DNA of 64,000 bases from Patescibacteria group bacterium (GTDB lineage Bacteria; Patescibacteriota; Microgenomatia; Levybacterales; UBA12049). The notes beneath the pieces are model-generated. The model was given only the letters and a program-made list of their open reading frames with translations. It was not told where the DNA came from and did not search any database. Numbering within the stretch: the stretch's first letter is position 1; every line of letters starts with the position of its first letter. The stretch covers positions 391,343-455,342 of the forward strand of contig BPJB01000001.1 of NCBI GenBank assembly GCA_026004395.1, in the 5' to 3' direction. The position numbers and the translations under genes were made by a program. Shown one piece after another: positions 28,890 through 38,669 of this stretch.

Positions 28890-30563
28890 ATGAAAATTAT
28901 ACGCTATCTTTCAGAGAATATACTTTTTCTACTTACACTTTTTCTTTTAGTGTTTATTCCTTTGTATCCCAAACTACCGCTTCTGGATATTAAACATACG
29001 TGGGTGTACATTCGCATTGAAGATTTTATCATCGCAGTTGTTTGGATAATATTTTTAATCCAGTTTTTTAAAAATAAAGCTACTCTAAAGACTCCTCTTA
29101 CGATACCAATAATTATTTTCTGGATAATTGGCGCTTTGGCAACAATTCATGGTATTTTATTTGTCTTTCCGAAGCTGGAGGGAGTTTTTCCATCAATTGC
29201 TTTATTGCACTATCTTCGTCGTATTGAGTATATCTCTCTCTTTTTCTTATCCTACGCGGCATTCAGAAAAAAAACTTCAGTTACACCGCTTATTGTTACT
29301 TTGTCTCTTACTTTGCTTGCGGTATTCTTCTATGGTTTGGGTCAACGTTTTTTAGGATTTCCTGCATTTCTTACGATGAATGAAGAGTTTGCCAAGGGAA
29401 TTCCTTTGAAACTTTCTCCTCTTGCTCGTATTCCATCAACTTTTGCAGGACATTATGATTTAGCAGCGTATCTGATACTCATGATTCCTTTAATGGGTAG
29501 TATGATATTTGGATATAAAAAATGGCTGGTAAAAATATTTTTCTTTTTAACAGCTACTGCGGGATTGATTCTGCTTATGATGACTGCATCACGAGTTTCG
29601 TTCGTAGTTTATCTTTTATCGATTGCGTTTATGCTTATTTTGCAAAGAAAAAAATTTTTCATTATTCCAGTATTTATATTTAGTTTTATTCTTCTTCAGT
29701 CATTTCAAGGACTTTCTCAGCGTCTGGCAAGTACCTTTACACAGGTTGATTTAGTTGTTGATTCGCGAACAGGCAAGCCAATTGGTGTTGCTTCTGAATT
29801 TGGAGGTAATCAGATTGTCATTGAGGACAAACAATCAACAGGTGAGAATTTACCGCAAGGATCAAAATATATTAATATTCCCTCTAATTTAGGAAAGAAG
29901 CTAAACTCAGATATAATATACAAAAAACTCAAAAGTGATGGTACACAGGAAGAAATTATTACACGATCTGGAGATGTAATCGTAAAAAAGGCATTCGCCT
30001 ATGATGTCTCGTTTACTACAAGATTTCAAGGAGAGTGGCCTCGAGCTATAGAAGCTTTTAAGCGTAATATCTTATTGGGAAGTGGTTATTCTTCCATCAG
30101 TCTTGCTACAGATAATAACTATCTTCGCATTCTCGGAGAGACAGGAATTCTGGGATTGATATCTTTTTTAGGAATCTTTTTGATAGCAGTAATTTATCTA
30201 TGGAGATTACTTCCAGCAATTACAGACAATGCTTTAAGAAGTTTTGTATTAGGAATGATCGCCGGGGTATTTGGTCTCTCACTAAACGCTATTTTAATTG
30301 ACGTTTTTGATGCATCAAAAGTGGCTTTTGTACTCTGGATGCTAGTGGGAGCAACTCTTTCCCTTGTAAAAACTTTTGAAAATAAGTCAGTTAATTATTA
30401 TTACGAGCTGAAACGCATTTTTTTCTCTACCCCTGCGTATATAGTGTATTTAATAATATTTGCTTTTTTTATCTTTGGACCCTCTCTAAAAAATTATTTT
30501 GCTGGTGATGATTTTACTTGGCTTCGTTGGGCTGCCGATTGTCCAAAGATTGAGCGAGGGTAG
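28890..30563 (+). CDS. O-antigen ligase / polymerase-like membrane protein (Wzy_C domain) with a large extracytoplasmic insertion; the C-terminus carries the start of a DUF1736/TMTC-like domain
   Basis: TASRVSFV (conserved Arg) and GSGYSS...DNNYLRILGETGILG resemble the Wzy_C signature. The C-terminal AGDDFTWL resembles the DD motif that begins DUF1736/TMTC-like GT-C domains. Confidence 0.5.
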   Translation: MKIIRYLSENILFLLTLFLLVFIPLYPKLPLLDIKHTWVYIRIEDFIIAVVWIIFLIQFFKNKATLKTPLTIPIIIFWIIGALATIHGILFVFPKLEGVFPSIALLHYLRRIEYISLFFLSYAAFRKKTSVTPLIVTLSLTLLAVFFYGLGQRFLGFPAFLTMNEEFAKGIPLKLSPLARIPSTFAGHYDLAAYLILMIPLMGSMIFGYKKWLVKIFFFLTATAGLILLMMTASRVSFVVYLLSIAFMLILQRKKFFIIPVFIFSFILLQSFQGLSQRLASTFTQVDLVVDSRTGKPIGVASEFGGNQIVIEDKQSTGENLPQGSKYINIPSNLGKKLNSDIIYKKLKSDGTQEEIITRSGDVIVKKAFAYDVSFTTRFQGEWPRAIEAFKRNILLGSGYSSISLATDNNYLRILGETGILGLISFLGIFLIAVIYLWRLLPAITDNALRSFVLGMIAGVFGLSLNAILIDVFDASKVAFVLWMLVGATLSLVKTFENKSVNYYYELKRIFFSTPAYIVYLIIFAFFIFGPSLKNYFAGDDFTWLRWAADCPKIERG

Positions 30564-31950
30564 TGAAGTTCAATGTGAATCTGCAGTGAAGACCATTACA
30601 TCATATTTTCTCAACTCTGAAGGTTTCTTCTATAGACCTGGTACTAAAATGTATTTTTATCTAATGTATCCTCTTTTTGAACTTTTTCCTGCTCCTTTTC
30701 ATCTTGTTTCTCTGATATTGCATATCACATCTGCAATTTTGCTGTTTTTTCTGGTACTAAAGTGGTTGGGAAATAAAATATTTGCTTTTCTTGCGGGTAT
30801 TTTCTTTCTTGTTTTAAGCACTCATGGTGAAGCTGTCTATTGGATCTCGGTTACAGGACATATGATTGCCTGGACGTTAACACTTTTGGCGCTGTTATGT
30901 TATACCTATTGGAAGGAAAATAAAAACGTTCTTCTTTTTGGCTTAGCATGGATTGCTATATTTATCTCCACATTTTTCCATGAATTTGGCTTTACTGGAT
31001 CTATTCTTCTTATTGCCTATGATCTTATAGTTGATCGGAAAAATTTGCGGATGATTTGGAAAAGCAAGTGGTATTATATCTTTTTGTTGTTGCCAATAGC
31101 GATTTATTTTTATATGAGGACTATCTCCAACAGCCTTTGGTTTCAAGGAGACTATAGTTACAATCTTTTCAAACTACCTTTTAATGCAATAGGAAATCTT
31201 GTCGGTTATCTTTTGCTTTCGCTTTTAGGACCAAGTGCGTATAATAGTATATACACTCCATTAAGAACATTTACAGCAGAAAATATCTTTATTGCTAGTT
31301 TACTAATTTTATCAGGTGGTCTGTCAGCGGTTGTGTTAATTAAAATGATGAGGAAGTATTTACAGAAAGAATTGACTGGCACCATGATTCTTATTAGTTG
31401 TGCTTTATTTGTGATTCCTCTTCTCCCATTCGTGGGTCTTGGTAATATCACAACACGGTATCCCTATCTTGCTTCATCTGGTGTTGTGATTTTTCTGATT
31501 ACGGTTTTCTATCATCTTTTTATGAATGTCAAGCCAAAAAACAGACCAATTATAGCTGGAATATTTTTTGTTATTGCCATTCTTTTTATCGCTTTTCATA
31601 TTCATTCACTGCAAAAAGTCAATAATGATTGGCAAAAGGCAGGAGAGATTACAAGAACAACACTAGTTGAGATTAACAAAGCATACGCACAAAAAGGTCA
31701 TCAGAAAAAACAAAAAAATCAAAAAGAAATATTTTATTTTGTTAATGTTCCTATCAGGTATGGTGAGGCATGGGTATTTCCTGTTGGATTACAAGATGCT
31801 TTGTGGTTTTCATTCCAAAATGTTGATCTAGAAGTACATAACGTACTCAGTGAAGAGGAGGCACTGGCAGAACTTAAGAGAAATCCCAATATTCGTATAT
31901 TTAAGTTTTTAAAGGATGGTTCACTTGTTGAGATACAGCAGGCAAAATAA
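30499..31950 (+). CDS. DUF1736/TMTC-like polytopic membrane protein; probably the frameshifted continuation of 28890-30563
   Basis: FFYRPG...APFHLVSLILHITSAILLF matches the YRP / P-x-x-y-H-l-x-N-l-l-L-H motif of TMTC/DUF1736-type GT-C proteins. It overlaps the upstream ORF by 65 nt in the +1 frame. Confidence 0.45.
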   Translation: MLVMILLGFVGLPIVQRLSEGSEVQCESAVKTITSYFLNSEGFFYRPGTKMYFYLMYPLFELFPAPFHLVSLILHITSAILLFFLVLKWLGNKIFAFLAGIFFLVLSTHGEAVYWISVTGHMIAWTLTLLALLCYTYWKENKNVLLFGLAWIAIFISTFFHEFGFTGSILLIAYDLIVDRKNLRMIWKSKWYYIFLLLPIAIYFYMRTISNSLWFQGDYSYNLFKLPFNAIGNLVGYLLLSLLGPSAYNSIYTPLRTFTAENIFIASLLILSGGLSAVVLIKMMRKYLQKELTGTMILISCALFVIPLLPFVGLGNITTRYPYLASSGVVIFLITVFYHLFMNVKPKNRPIIAGIFFVIAILFIAFHIHSLQKVNNDWQKAGEITRTTLVEINKAYAQKGHQKKQKNQKEIFYFVNVPIRYGEAWVFPVGLQDALWFSFQNVDLEVHNVLSEEEALAELKRNPNIRIFKFLKDGSLVEIQQAK

Positions 31951-31951
31951 T

Positions 31952-33429
31952 ATGCAAATAAATTTACAGAGATCACTATCTGTTTTTTTACTTACTTTAA
32001 TTCTAATAATAGGTATTCTTTTACGTCTCTATCGTTTTTCAAGCCCTATTGCAGACTGGCATAGTTGGAGGCAGGCAGATACTTCTTCTGTCTCTCGTAT
32101 GTTTGTTGAGAGAGGCTATGATCTCCTGCATCCGCGTTTTCATGATTTATCCAATGTTCCCTCAGGCAGAGATAATCCTGAAGGATATAGATTTGTTGAA
32201 TTTCCTCTTTACAATCTCTTACAAGCAGGACTTTATGATCTTTTGGGTGTATTTTCGCTTGAAGAGTGGGGAAGAATAGTAAGTATTTTTTCATCCGTAA
32301 TGACGATATTTTTTATTTTTTTCATTTTAAAAGATTTTGTGAATGATAAGGCTGCATATTTGGGAGCACTTTTCTATGCAGTGGCACCATTTTCAGTTTA
32401 TTACGGTAGAGCGATTTTACCTGATCAGACAATGATTATGACAGTATTAGGTAGTATCTATTTTTTCAGCAAATGGGTCAGGATCTCAAGACACTTCAAT
32501 TTTGAGTATATGGTATTGGCTCTCACTTCTTTTCTTGACATCTTCACTTCTTCTTAAGCCATATGCGATCTTTTTTACTCTTCCATTAGTTTTTCTTAGT
32601 ATCCAAAAGTTTGGCATGCGTGCATTTGTTGATTTGAGATTGCTTTTTTTCAGTTTCGTGGCTATTATTCCGCTGATTGCGTGGAGAATATGGATGCTCC
32701 AGTATCCGGAAGGCATTCCTGCTAATGCTTGGCTTTTTAACGCCGGCAATATCAGGTTTAAGGGAGCATATTTTTACTGGATTTTAGGAGAGAGAATTGC
32801 CAAACTTATATTGGGTTACTGGGGAGTTAGTTTATTTATCTTAGGAGTTATTTATACATTACAGAAAAAAATTATATATCCGTTGCGGGTGAGTACGGGA
32901 GCTTTTTTGCTTACTTTCCTTTTTTCATCATTGTCGTATCTTTTAGTGATTGCTCGAGGTAATGTCCAGCATGATTATTATCAGATTCTTATTGTTCCTT
33001 CCCTTGCTATTTTTTTAGGAGTGGGTGCGATCTTTTATTCTTTCTCAATTTAATCTAGTCAAAGGTGTTTCTTGGGTAATTGTCATAAGCATCCTCGCAC
33101 TTTCATTTTTTCTTTCTTGGTATCATGTTCGCGATTTTTTTAACATTAATAATCCTTCTGTTATTTCAGCTGGTAAAGCTGTTGATGCTTTAACTCCCAA
33201 AAATGCAAAAATTCTTGCCATTTATAATGGTGATACAACACTTTTGTATCAAACAAAACGATCTGGATGGGCTAGTTTTGAAAAATCTCTTCCTGAGATG
33301 ATCAATATGGGAGCAGATTTTCTCGTATTTGTGAATCCCAATCAATCAGAGCTTGCGTTAGCAGAGAAATACAAAATTGTTTCCAAAACACCTGAGTATG
33401 TAATTTATAATCTTAGAGAACAACCATGA
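31952..33429 (+). pseudogene. PMT/ArnT-like (GT39/83-type) membrane glycosyltransferase interrupted by two +1 frameshifts (ORFs 31916-32557, 32502-33053, 33025-33429)
   Basis: N-terminal piece has TM helices plus the SWRQADT loop. The middle piece continues the TM domain. The third piece is a typical C-terminal periplasmic domain. Consecutive ORFs overlap by 56 and 29 nt in successive frames. Confidence 0.5.
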
Positions 33430-34616
33430 AGATTCTTCTTGTTTCGTCATACTTACCTTATCCATTAATCAATGGAGGACATATTAGGCTTTATAATCTA
33501 TTGAAGTCTCTTAAAAATAGACATGAGATTACATTGATTTGTGAGAAACGAGAGTACCAAACAGCAACTGATATAGAAGCAGTTGAGGATGTATGTACCA
33601 AGGTAATTACATTTCCGCGTAAAAAACAATGGAGTATCGCCAATATTTTGAAAACTGGCTTTTCTGATGACCCTTTTTTGATTGTTGGTCATAAAATTGC
33701 TGAGATGAAAATGAGAATAAAACAAGAACTGCAAAAGGAGAAGTATGATCTTATTCATATTGAAACATCCTATGTATTTCAGAATGTACCTCAAACAATT
33801 CTCCCTACTGTCTTAATTGAGCATAATATTGAATATCTGGTGTATAAACGCTTTGCGCAGAATGCTCCTATTTTTCTCAGACCCTTTTTGCTGATTGATG
33901 TAAATAAGTTAAAAAAGAAAGAAGAAGATTATTGGAGAAAAGCAACGCGCGTGGTGGCTGTTTCCCCCTCTGAAAAATCTCTGATTGAGCAGACAGGAGT
34001 ACAAGCAGATCTTGTCCCCAATGGAGTAGATTTGGAAAGTTTTAAATTTAAAAATATTGATCAATTTTTCCAATCAGAAAGAAAGCAGTTTTTGTTTATC
34101 GGAGACTACAAATGGATGCAGAATAGAGACGCAGTGAGATGGCTTATCAAAGAAATATGGCCAAATATTACAAAACAGGTTAAAGAGAAGATATCTCTTC
34201 GTATTGTAGGGAGAAATATCCCACCCAGAATAAAAACAATAGGAGATCCAACTATTATCATTGAAGAAGATTCTCCCCGTAAGACAGAAGAGATTTTTTC
34301 AGAGAGTTTTGCACTACTAGCCCCTCTTAGAATTGGAGGAGGAAGTCAATATAAAATACTTGAGTCTATGGCTGTTGGGACACCTGTAATTACTACGCCT
34401 TTAGGACTGTCAGGATTGAAGATTAAAGCAGGCAGAGATATTTTAGTTGGAGAAAATGTCAAAGAGATTGTTACTCATGCAATTTCTTTGTTACACAATA
34501 AGAAATTATATTCTGAACTTGCCTTAAATGGGAGGAGACAAATAGAAAGAGAATATGATTGGAATTCTATTGCCCAAAAATTGGATAGCGTATATCAGAA
34601 TGTAAAAAGTAAGTAG
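33426..34616 (+). CDS. family 4 glycosyltransferase
   Basis: N-terminal MKILLVSSYLPYPLINGGH and C-terminal GT-B domain with GGGSQYKILESMAVGTPVITT. Confidence 0.75.
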   Translation: MKILLVSSYLPYPLINGGHIRLYNLLKSLKNRHEITLICEKREYQTATDIEAVEDVCTKVITFPRKKQWSIANILKTGFSDDPFLIVGHKIAEMKMRIKQELQKEKYDLIHIETSYVFQNVPQTILPTVLIEHNIEYLVYKRFAQNAPIFLRPFLLIDVNKLKKKEEDYWRKATRVVAVSPSEKSLIEQTGVQADLVPNGVDLESFKFKNIDQFFQSERKQFLFIGDYKWMQNRDAVRWLIKEIWPNITKQVKEKISLRIVGRNIPPRIKTIGDPTIIIEEDSPRKTEEIFSESFALLAPLRIGGGSQYKILESMAVGTPVITTPLGLSGLKIKAGRDILVGENVKEIVTHAISLLHNKKLYSELALNGRRQIEREYDWNSIAQKLDSVYQNVKSK

Positions 34617-34716
34617 TCTTTATAAGAACTGTGTTATACTCAAAAACAAAATTTTCGACGGTAGGAATAGGATTAAAGTCCATATTATTTCTAGATTTTA
34701 TATCAAATTTTTTACT

Positions 34717-35817
34717 ATGAAAATTGGAATTGATGGCAGATTCTGGAATGCAACTGGTGTTGGCAGATACACGAGAAATCTCGTACGTGAACTGCAGGAG
34801 TTGGATAAGAATAATGAGTACACACTTTTTGTTAATCAGGGAGACATTCCGCAGGTTTACAACCAATTAAATAACAGTAGATTTCATATAAGAGTTGTTG
34901 ATATCAAATGGCATACATTTTCTGAACAATTACAGTATCCGCGAGTTCTTCTTAGAGAACAGATTGATCTTATGCATTTTCCTTATTTTTCTCTACCTCT
35001 TTTTTATCCGCGTCCTTTTGTTGTTACGATACATGATCTTATTTTGCATCACTATGCTACAGGAAAAACATCAACTCTGCCCCTTCCACTCTACTATGGA
35101 AAATTATTAGGATATAGATTTCTTGTGCAACAGTCAGCAAAAAGAGCAAAGAAAATTATTACGGTTTCAGAATCAACAAAGCAGGAAATTATTGATCATC
35201 TGCACATTCCTGAACAAAAAATAGTTGTAACTTACGAGGGTATAGACAATAGCCTTAGAGAATCAACAAGGAGAAATATCTATGGTAAATACTTTCTCCA
35301 TGTTGGTAATGTTTACCCCCATAAAAATATATCGTTTTTGATAGAGGCATTTACCCAAACAAATTTGCATGATGTTATTTTGTTATTTGTTGGCAAAAGA
35401 GATTATTTTATGGAAAAGCTTGAGAAGGATATACAAGAAAAAAGATTAAGTAATAAGGTGCTTTTTCTGGGAGAAGTTGATGATGCACAGCTCGCAACTC
35501 TTTATAAACATGCCCTTGCTACTGTAGTTCCCTCTCTTATGGAGGGATTTGGACTTCCTGTAGTTGAAGCACTGGCAAATAAGTGTCTTGTTATTGCGTC
35601 TGATATTCCTTCTCTTCGGGAAGTTGGACAAAATGCAGTTCTATATTTCAATCCATTTAACAAAAGGGAATTATCAGATATACTTTACAATGTTGCTCAG
35701 AATTCATCAAAATTCAAAGATAAAAAACAAGAAGGTATTAAATTAGTCAGTCGTTACTCTTGGACAAGAATGGCAGAAAAGACATTGGCAGTATATGAAA
35801 GTTGCATTAGTTTATGA
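34717..35817 (+). CDS. family 4 glycosyltransferase
   Basis: [29 protein letters not shown] motif. Confidence 0.8.
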   Translation: MKIGIDGRFWNATGVGRYTRNLVRELQELDKNNEYTLFVNQGDIPQVYNQLNNSRFHIRVVDIKWHTFSEQLQYPRVLLREQIDLMHFPYFSLPLFYPRPFVVTIHDLILHHYATGKTSTLPLPLYYGKLLGYRFLVQQSAKRAKKIITVSESTKQEIIDHLHIPEQKIVVTYEGIDNSLRESTRRNIYGKYFLHVGNVYPHKNISFLIEAFTQTNLHDVILLFVGKRDYFMEKLEKDIQEKRLSNKVLFLGEVDDAQLATLYKHALATVVPSLMEGFGLPVVEALANKCLVIASDIPSLREVGQNAVLYFNPFNKRELSDILYNVAQNSSKFKDKKQEGIKLVSRYSWTRMAEKTLAVYESCISL

Positions 35818-36883
35818 TAGGGTTAATAAATGGGGAGGAGCTGAAAGAGTACTTCTAGCTCTTCATGAGTTATTTCCTCAAGCACCGCTTTTTACATCAG
35901 TATATAATTCTGCTACAGCACCTTGGGCTGGTGTGTTTGATATTAAGACTTCTTTTTTGCAGAAATTTCCTTTTGCCAAAAAAAGTCATGAATTGTATCC
36001 ATTGCTTATGCCTATTGCATTTGAGTCTTTTACATTTGATGAGTTTGATATTGTCATATCAGTAGCCAGTGAAGCAGCCAAAGGAATTATTACGAAACCT
36101 TCCACTTTGCATATTTGTTATTGCTTGACACCAACACGTTATCTCTGGAGTGGGTATGAGGATTATTTTTCCAACCCATTAATTCGTTTTCTTTCTTTAC
36201 CAGCAGTTGCGTATCTTAAAACATGGGATAAAATAGCAGCAACACGACCTGATGTTTTCATTGCTATATCTTCTGAGGTACAATCAAGAATAAAACAATA
36301 CTATCAGAGAGATGCACAAATAATCTATCCTCCTGTTACGCTATTTGATAATTATGAGATAGTTGATAGTAAAGTAGGAGACTATTTTCTTGTTGTTTCA
36401 CGACTTGTAGCTTATAAACGTATTGATTTGGCAATAAAAGCGTGTAATGAACTTAAAGTTCCATTAAAAATCATTGGGATTGGAAAGGAAGAAGCTTATT
36501 TACGTTCTATTGCAGGTCCTACTGTTGATTTTCTTGGAAGTGTAACAGATGAAGAATTAGCATCATACTATCAGAACTGCAGAGCTCTTCTTTTTCCTGG
36601 AAGAGAAGACTTTGGAATAGTAATGGTTGAGGCGATGGGATTTGGAAAACCGGTTATAGCCTATAAGGGTGGAGGAGCACTGGATATTATTCAAGATAGG
36701 AAAACGGGTGTTTTTTTCAAAGAACAAACAGTCAAAGATCTTGCTGATGCTATAAATGCATTTTATAAGATAAGCTTTGATTCTCATATTATTCAGAAGC
36801 GAGCTAAACTTTTTTCAAAACAGATTTTTCAGCATTCGTTTATGGAAGCAGTTGAAAATAATTTTGCTAAAATGCAAAAATAG
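35795..36883 (+). CDS. family 4 glycosyltransferase
   Basis: MKVALVYDRVNKWGGAERV N-terminus and REDFGIVMVEAMGFGKPVIAYKGGGALD C-terminal motif. 23-nt overlap with the upstream gene. Confidence 0.75.
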   Translation: MKVALVYDRVNKWGGAERVLLALHELFPQAPLFTSVYNSATAPWAGVFDIKTSFLQKFPFAKKSHELYPLLMPIAFESFTFDEFDIVISVASEAAKGIITKPSTLHICYCLTPTRYLWSGYEDYFSNPLIRFLSLPAVAYLKTWDKIAATRPDVFIAISSEVQSRIKQYYQRDAQIIYPPVTLFDNYEIVDSKVGDYFLVVSRLVAYKRIDLAIKACNELKVPLKIIGIGKEEAYLRSIAGPTVDFLGSVTDEELASYYQNCRALLFPGREDFGIVMVEAMGFGKPVIAYKGGGALDIIQDRKTGVFFKEQTVKDLADAINAFYKISFDSHIIQKRAKLFSKQIFQHSFMEAVENNFAKMQK

Positions 36884-36906
36884 ATTTATAATAGTTGAAC
36901 TATTCT

Positions 36907-37989
36907 ATGAAGTTTGTAATTTTTGCAGGTGGTGTAGGATCCAGGCTTTGGCCGTTATCAAGAAAAAATACCCCTAAACAGTTTGGTCAGATAATTGGCG
37001 ATAAATCTACTCTTCAGCAAACAGTTGAGAGACTTTTGCCCGATTTTAAACCAGAGGATATTTATATCGCTTCAGGAAAACAATACAAGCAAGTTATCTC
37101 AGCACAGCTATCTCAGATTCCATCCAGTAATTTTGTTTTTGAGCCTACTATGAGAGATGTGGGGCCAGCGATTGGACTGAATGCATTTCTGTTAGCAAAA
37201 CATTTTCCTAATGAGCCTGTAGCTATTCTTTGGAGCGATCATCTTGTTAAAAATGAAGTGCTTTTTAGGCACGTTTTAAAACTTGCTGAACAAAGTATCA
37301 AAAAGTATAATGCAAAATTTGTCTATATTGCTCAAAAACCGAGATTTGCTAATCAAAATCTAGGTTGGATAGAAGTTGGAGATAAAATAAAGGAAGAGAA
37401 TGGAGCTGAAATTTTTAGATTTATCAGACTTCGTTATCGTCCCACGATTAAGGAGGCAGAAGAGTTTTTCAAAGACAATCGATTTATGTGGAATTTGGGA
37501 TATTTTGTGACTACTCCAGGATTTTTGGTATCACTTTTTAAAGAGTATGCGCCTGATATGTATGAGAAGTTGAAAACAATCCAAAATGCATATGCAACAG
37601 CAGAATTTGATAGCGTATTAAATGAGATATATCCTACTCTGGAGAAAATTAGCTTTGATGATGCAATTCTTGTAAAAATGAACCCAGCAAATATCTATGT
37701 GATAGGAACTGATCTTGGATGGAGTGATATAGGCGCTTGGGATGCTCTAAAAGAAGCTCTTGCAAGATCAACTGAAGAGAATATTACCAAAGGAAATGTT
37801 CTTCTTGAAGATACGCAGGATACTTTGGCGTTTAACTATACGGAGCAATTATGTGTCGGTATAGATTTGAAAGAAATGCTCGTAATTAATACAGACGATG
37901 TTCTTCTTGTTTGTCCAAAGACATCAGTTCCTAAGATCAAAAAGCTTGTAGAAAATCTTAAAGGTACCTCTCATGAACATCTGATATAG
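36907..37989 (+). CDS. manC: mannose-1-phosphate guanylyltransferase (GDP-mannose pyrophosphorylase), nucleotidyltransferase domain only
   Basis: MKFVIFAGGVGSRLWPLSRKNTPKQF signature. The ORF track starts at 36895, but the second ATG gives the canonical N-terminus. Confidence 0.7.
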   Translation: MKFVIFAGGVGSRLWPLSRKNTPKQFGQIIGDKSTLQQTVERLLPDFKPEDIYIASGKQYKQVISAQLSQIPSSNFVFEPTMRDVGPAIGLNAFLLAKHFPNEPVAILWSDHLVKNEVLFRHVLKLAEQSIKKYNAKFVYIAQKPRFANQNLGWIEVGDKIKEENGAEIFRFIRLRYRPTIKEAEEFFKDNRFMWNLGYFVTTPGFLVSLFKEYAPDMYEKLKTIQNAYATAEFDSVLNEIYPTLEKISFDDAILVKMNPANIYVIGTDLGWSDIGAWDALKEALARSTEENITKGNVLLEDTQDTLAFNYTEQLCVGIDLKEMLVINTDDVLLVCPKTSVPKIKKLVENLKGTSHEHLI

Positions 37990-37991
37990 CC

Positions 37992-38657
37992 ATGCCTTAC
38001 ACTGAAATTAAAAAAAGTATCTTTTATGAATTCTTTAAACGATTTACAGATATTGTTTTTTCATTAATACTTTTGATATTTTTTACACCAATTAATATCC
38101 TTGTAGCAATTGCTATCAAACTTGACTCTCCAGGACCTATTCTTGCGGATACTCCAGAAAGAGTAGGTAAAAATGGAAAATTATTTAAGATGTACAAATT
38201 TCGATCCATGGTACAAAATGCTCATCTGCTTCTCACAGAAGATCCCGAGTTTGCTAAACTTTATGAACAATATAAAAAAGGAAGTTATAAACTCAAAAAT
38301 GACCCACGTATTACAAGAGTGGGAAGATTTATACGCAAGCACTCTCTTGATGAGGTGCCACAACTAATCAATGTTATAAAAGGTGATATGAGTCTTGTGG
38401 GACCTAGAGCATATTATCCTGATGAACTACGGGAACAGCAAAAGAAATATCCTGCTACCAAAGATGCAGTTAAAATAGTATTATCAGTTAAACCAGGAAT
38501 TACTGGTTATTGGCAAGTCTCAGGGAGAAGTGAAATAAACTTTGATAAGAGGATTGAAATGGATGCTGATTATGTAAAGAAACGCTCTATACTTTATGAT
38601 CTATATATTATTGCACGAACTCCTTGGGCTATGATCACTGGGAGAGGAGCATTGTAA
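37992..38657 (+). CDS. polyprenyl-phosphate sugar-1-phosphate transferase (bacterial sugar transferase, WbaP/WcaJ/PglC-type priming enzyme)
   Basis: N-terminal TM helix, [29 protein letters not shown] and WQVSGRS motifs of Bac_transf. Confidence 0.8.
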   Translation: MPYTEIKKSIFYEFFKRFTDIVFSLILLIFFTPINILVAIAIKLDSPGPILADTPERVGKNGKLFKMYKFRSMVQNAHLLLTEDPEFAKLYEQYKKGSYKLKNDPRITRVGRFIRKHSLDEVPQLINVIKGDMSLVGPRAYYPDELREQQKKYPATKDAVKIVLSVKPGITGYWQVSGRSEINFDKRIEMDADYVKKRSILYDLYIIARTPWAMITGRGAL

Positions 38658-38669
38658 ATATCTGTTTTA

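Noticed and set aside
30499-30650. Alternative reading of 30499-31950 as an independent gene starting at an internal ATG (about 30649, MYFYLMYPLF)
   Set aside because: This is possible, but the DD motif that normally precedes YRP in DUF1736-type domains is encoded in the upstream ORF's frame. The frameshifted single-gene interpretation is therefore preferred and kept as a finding. The independent-gene alternative remains open.
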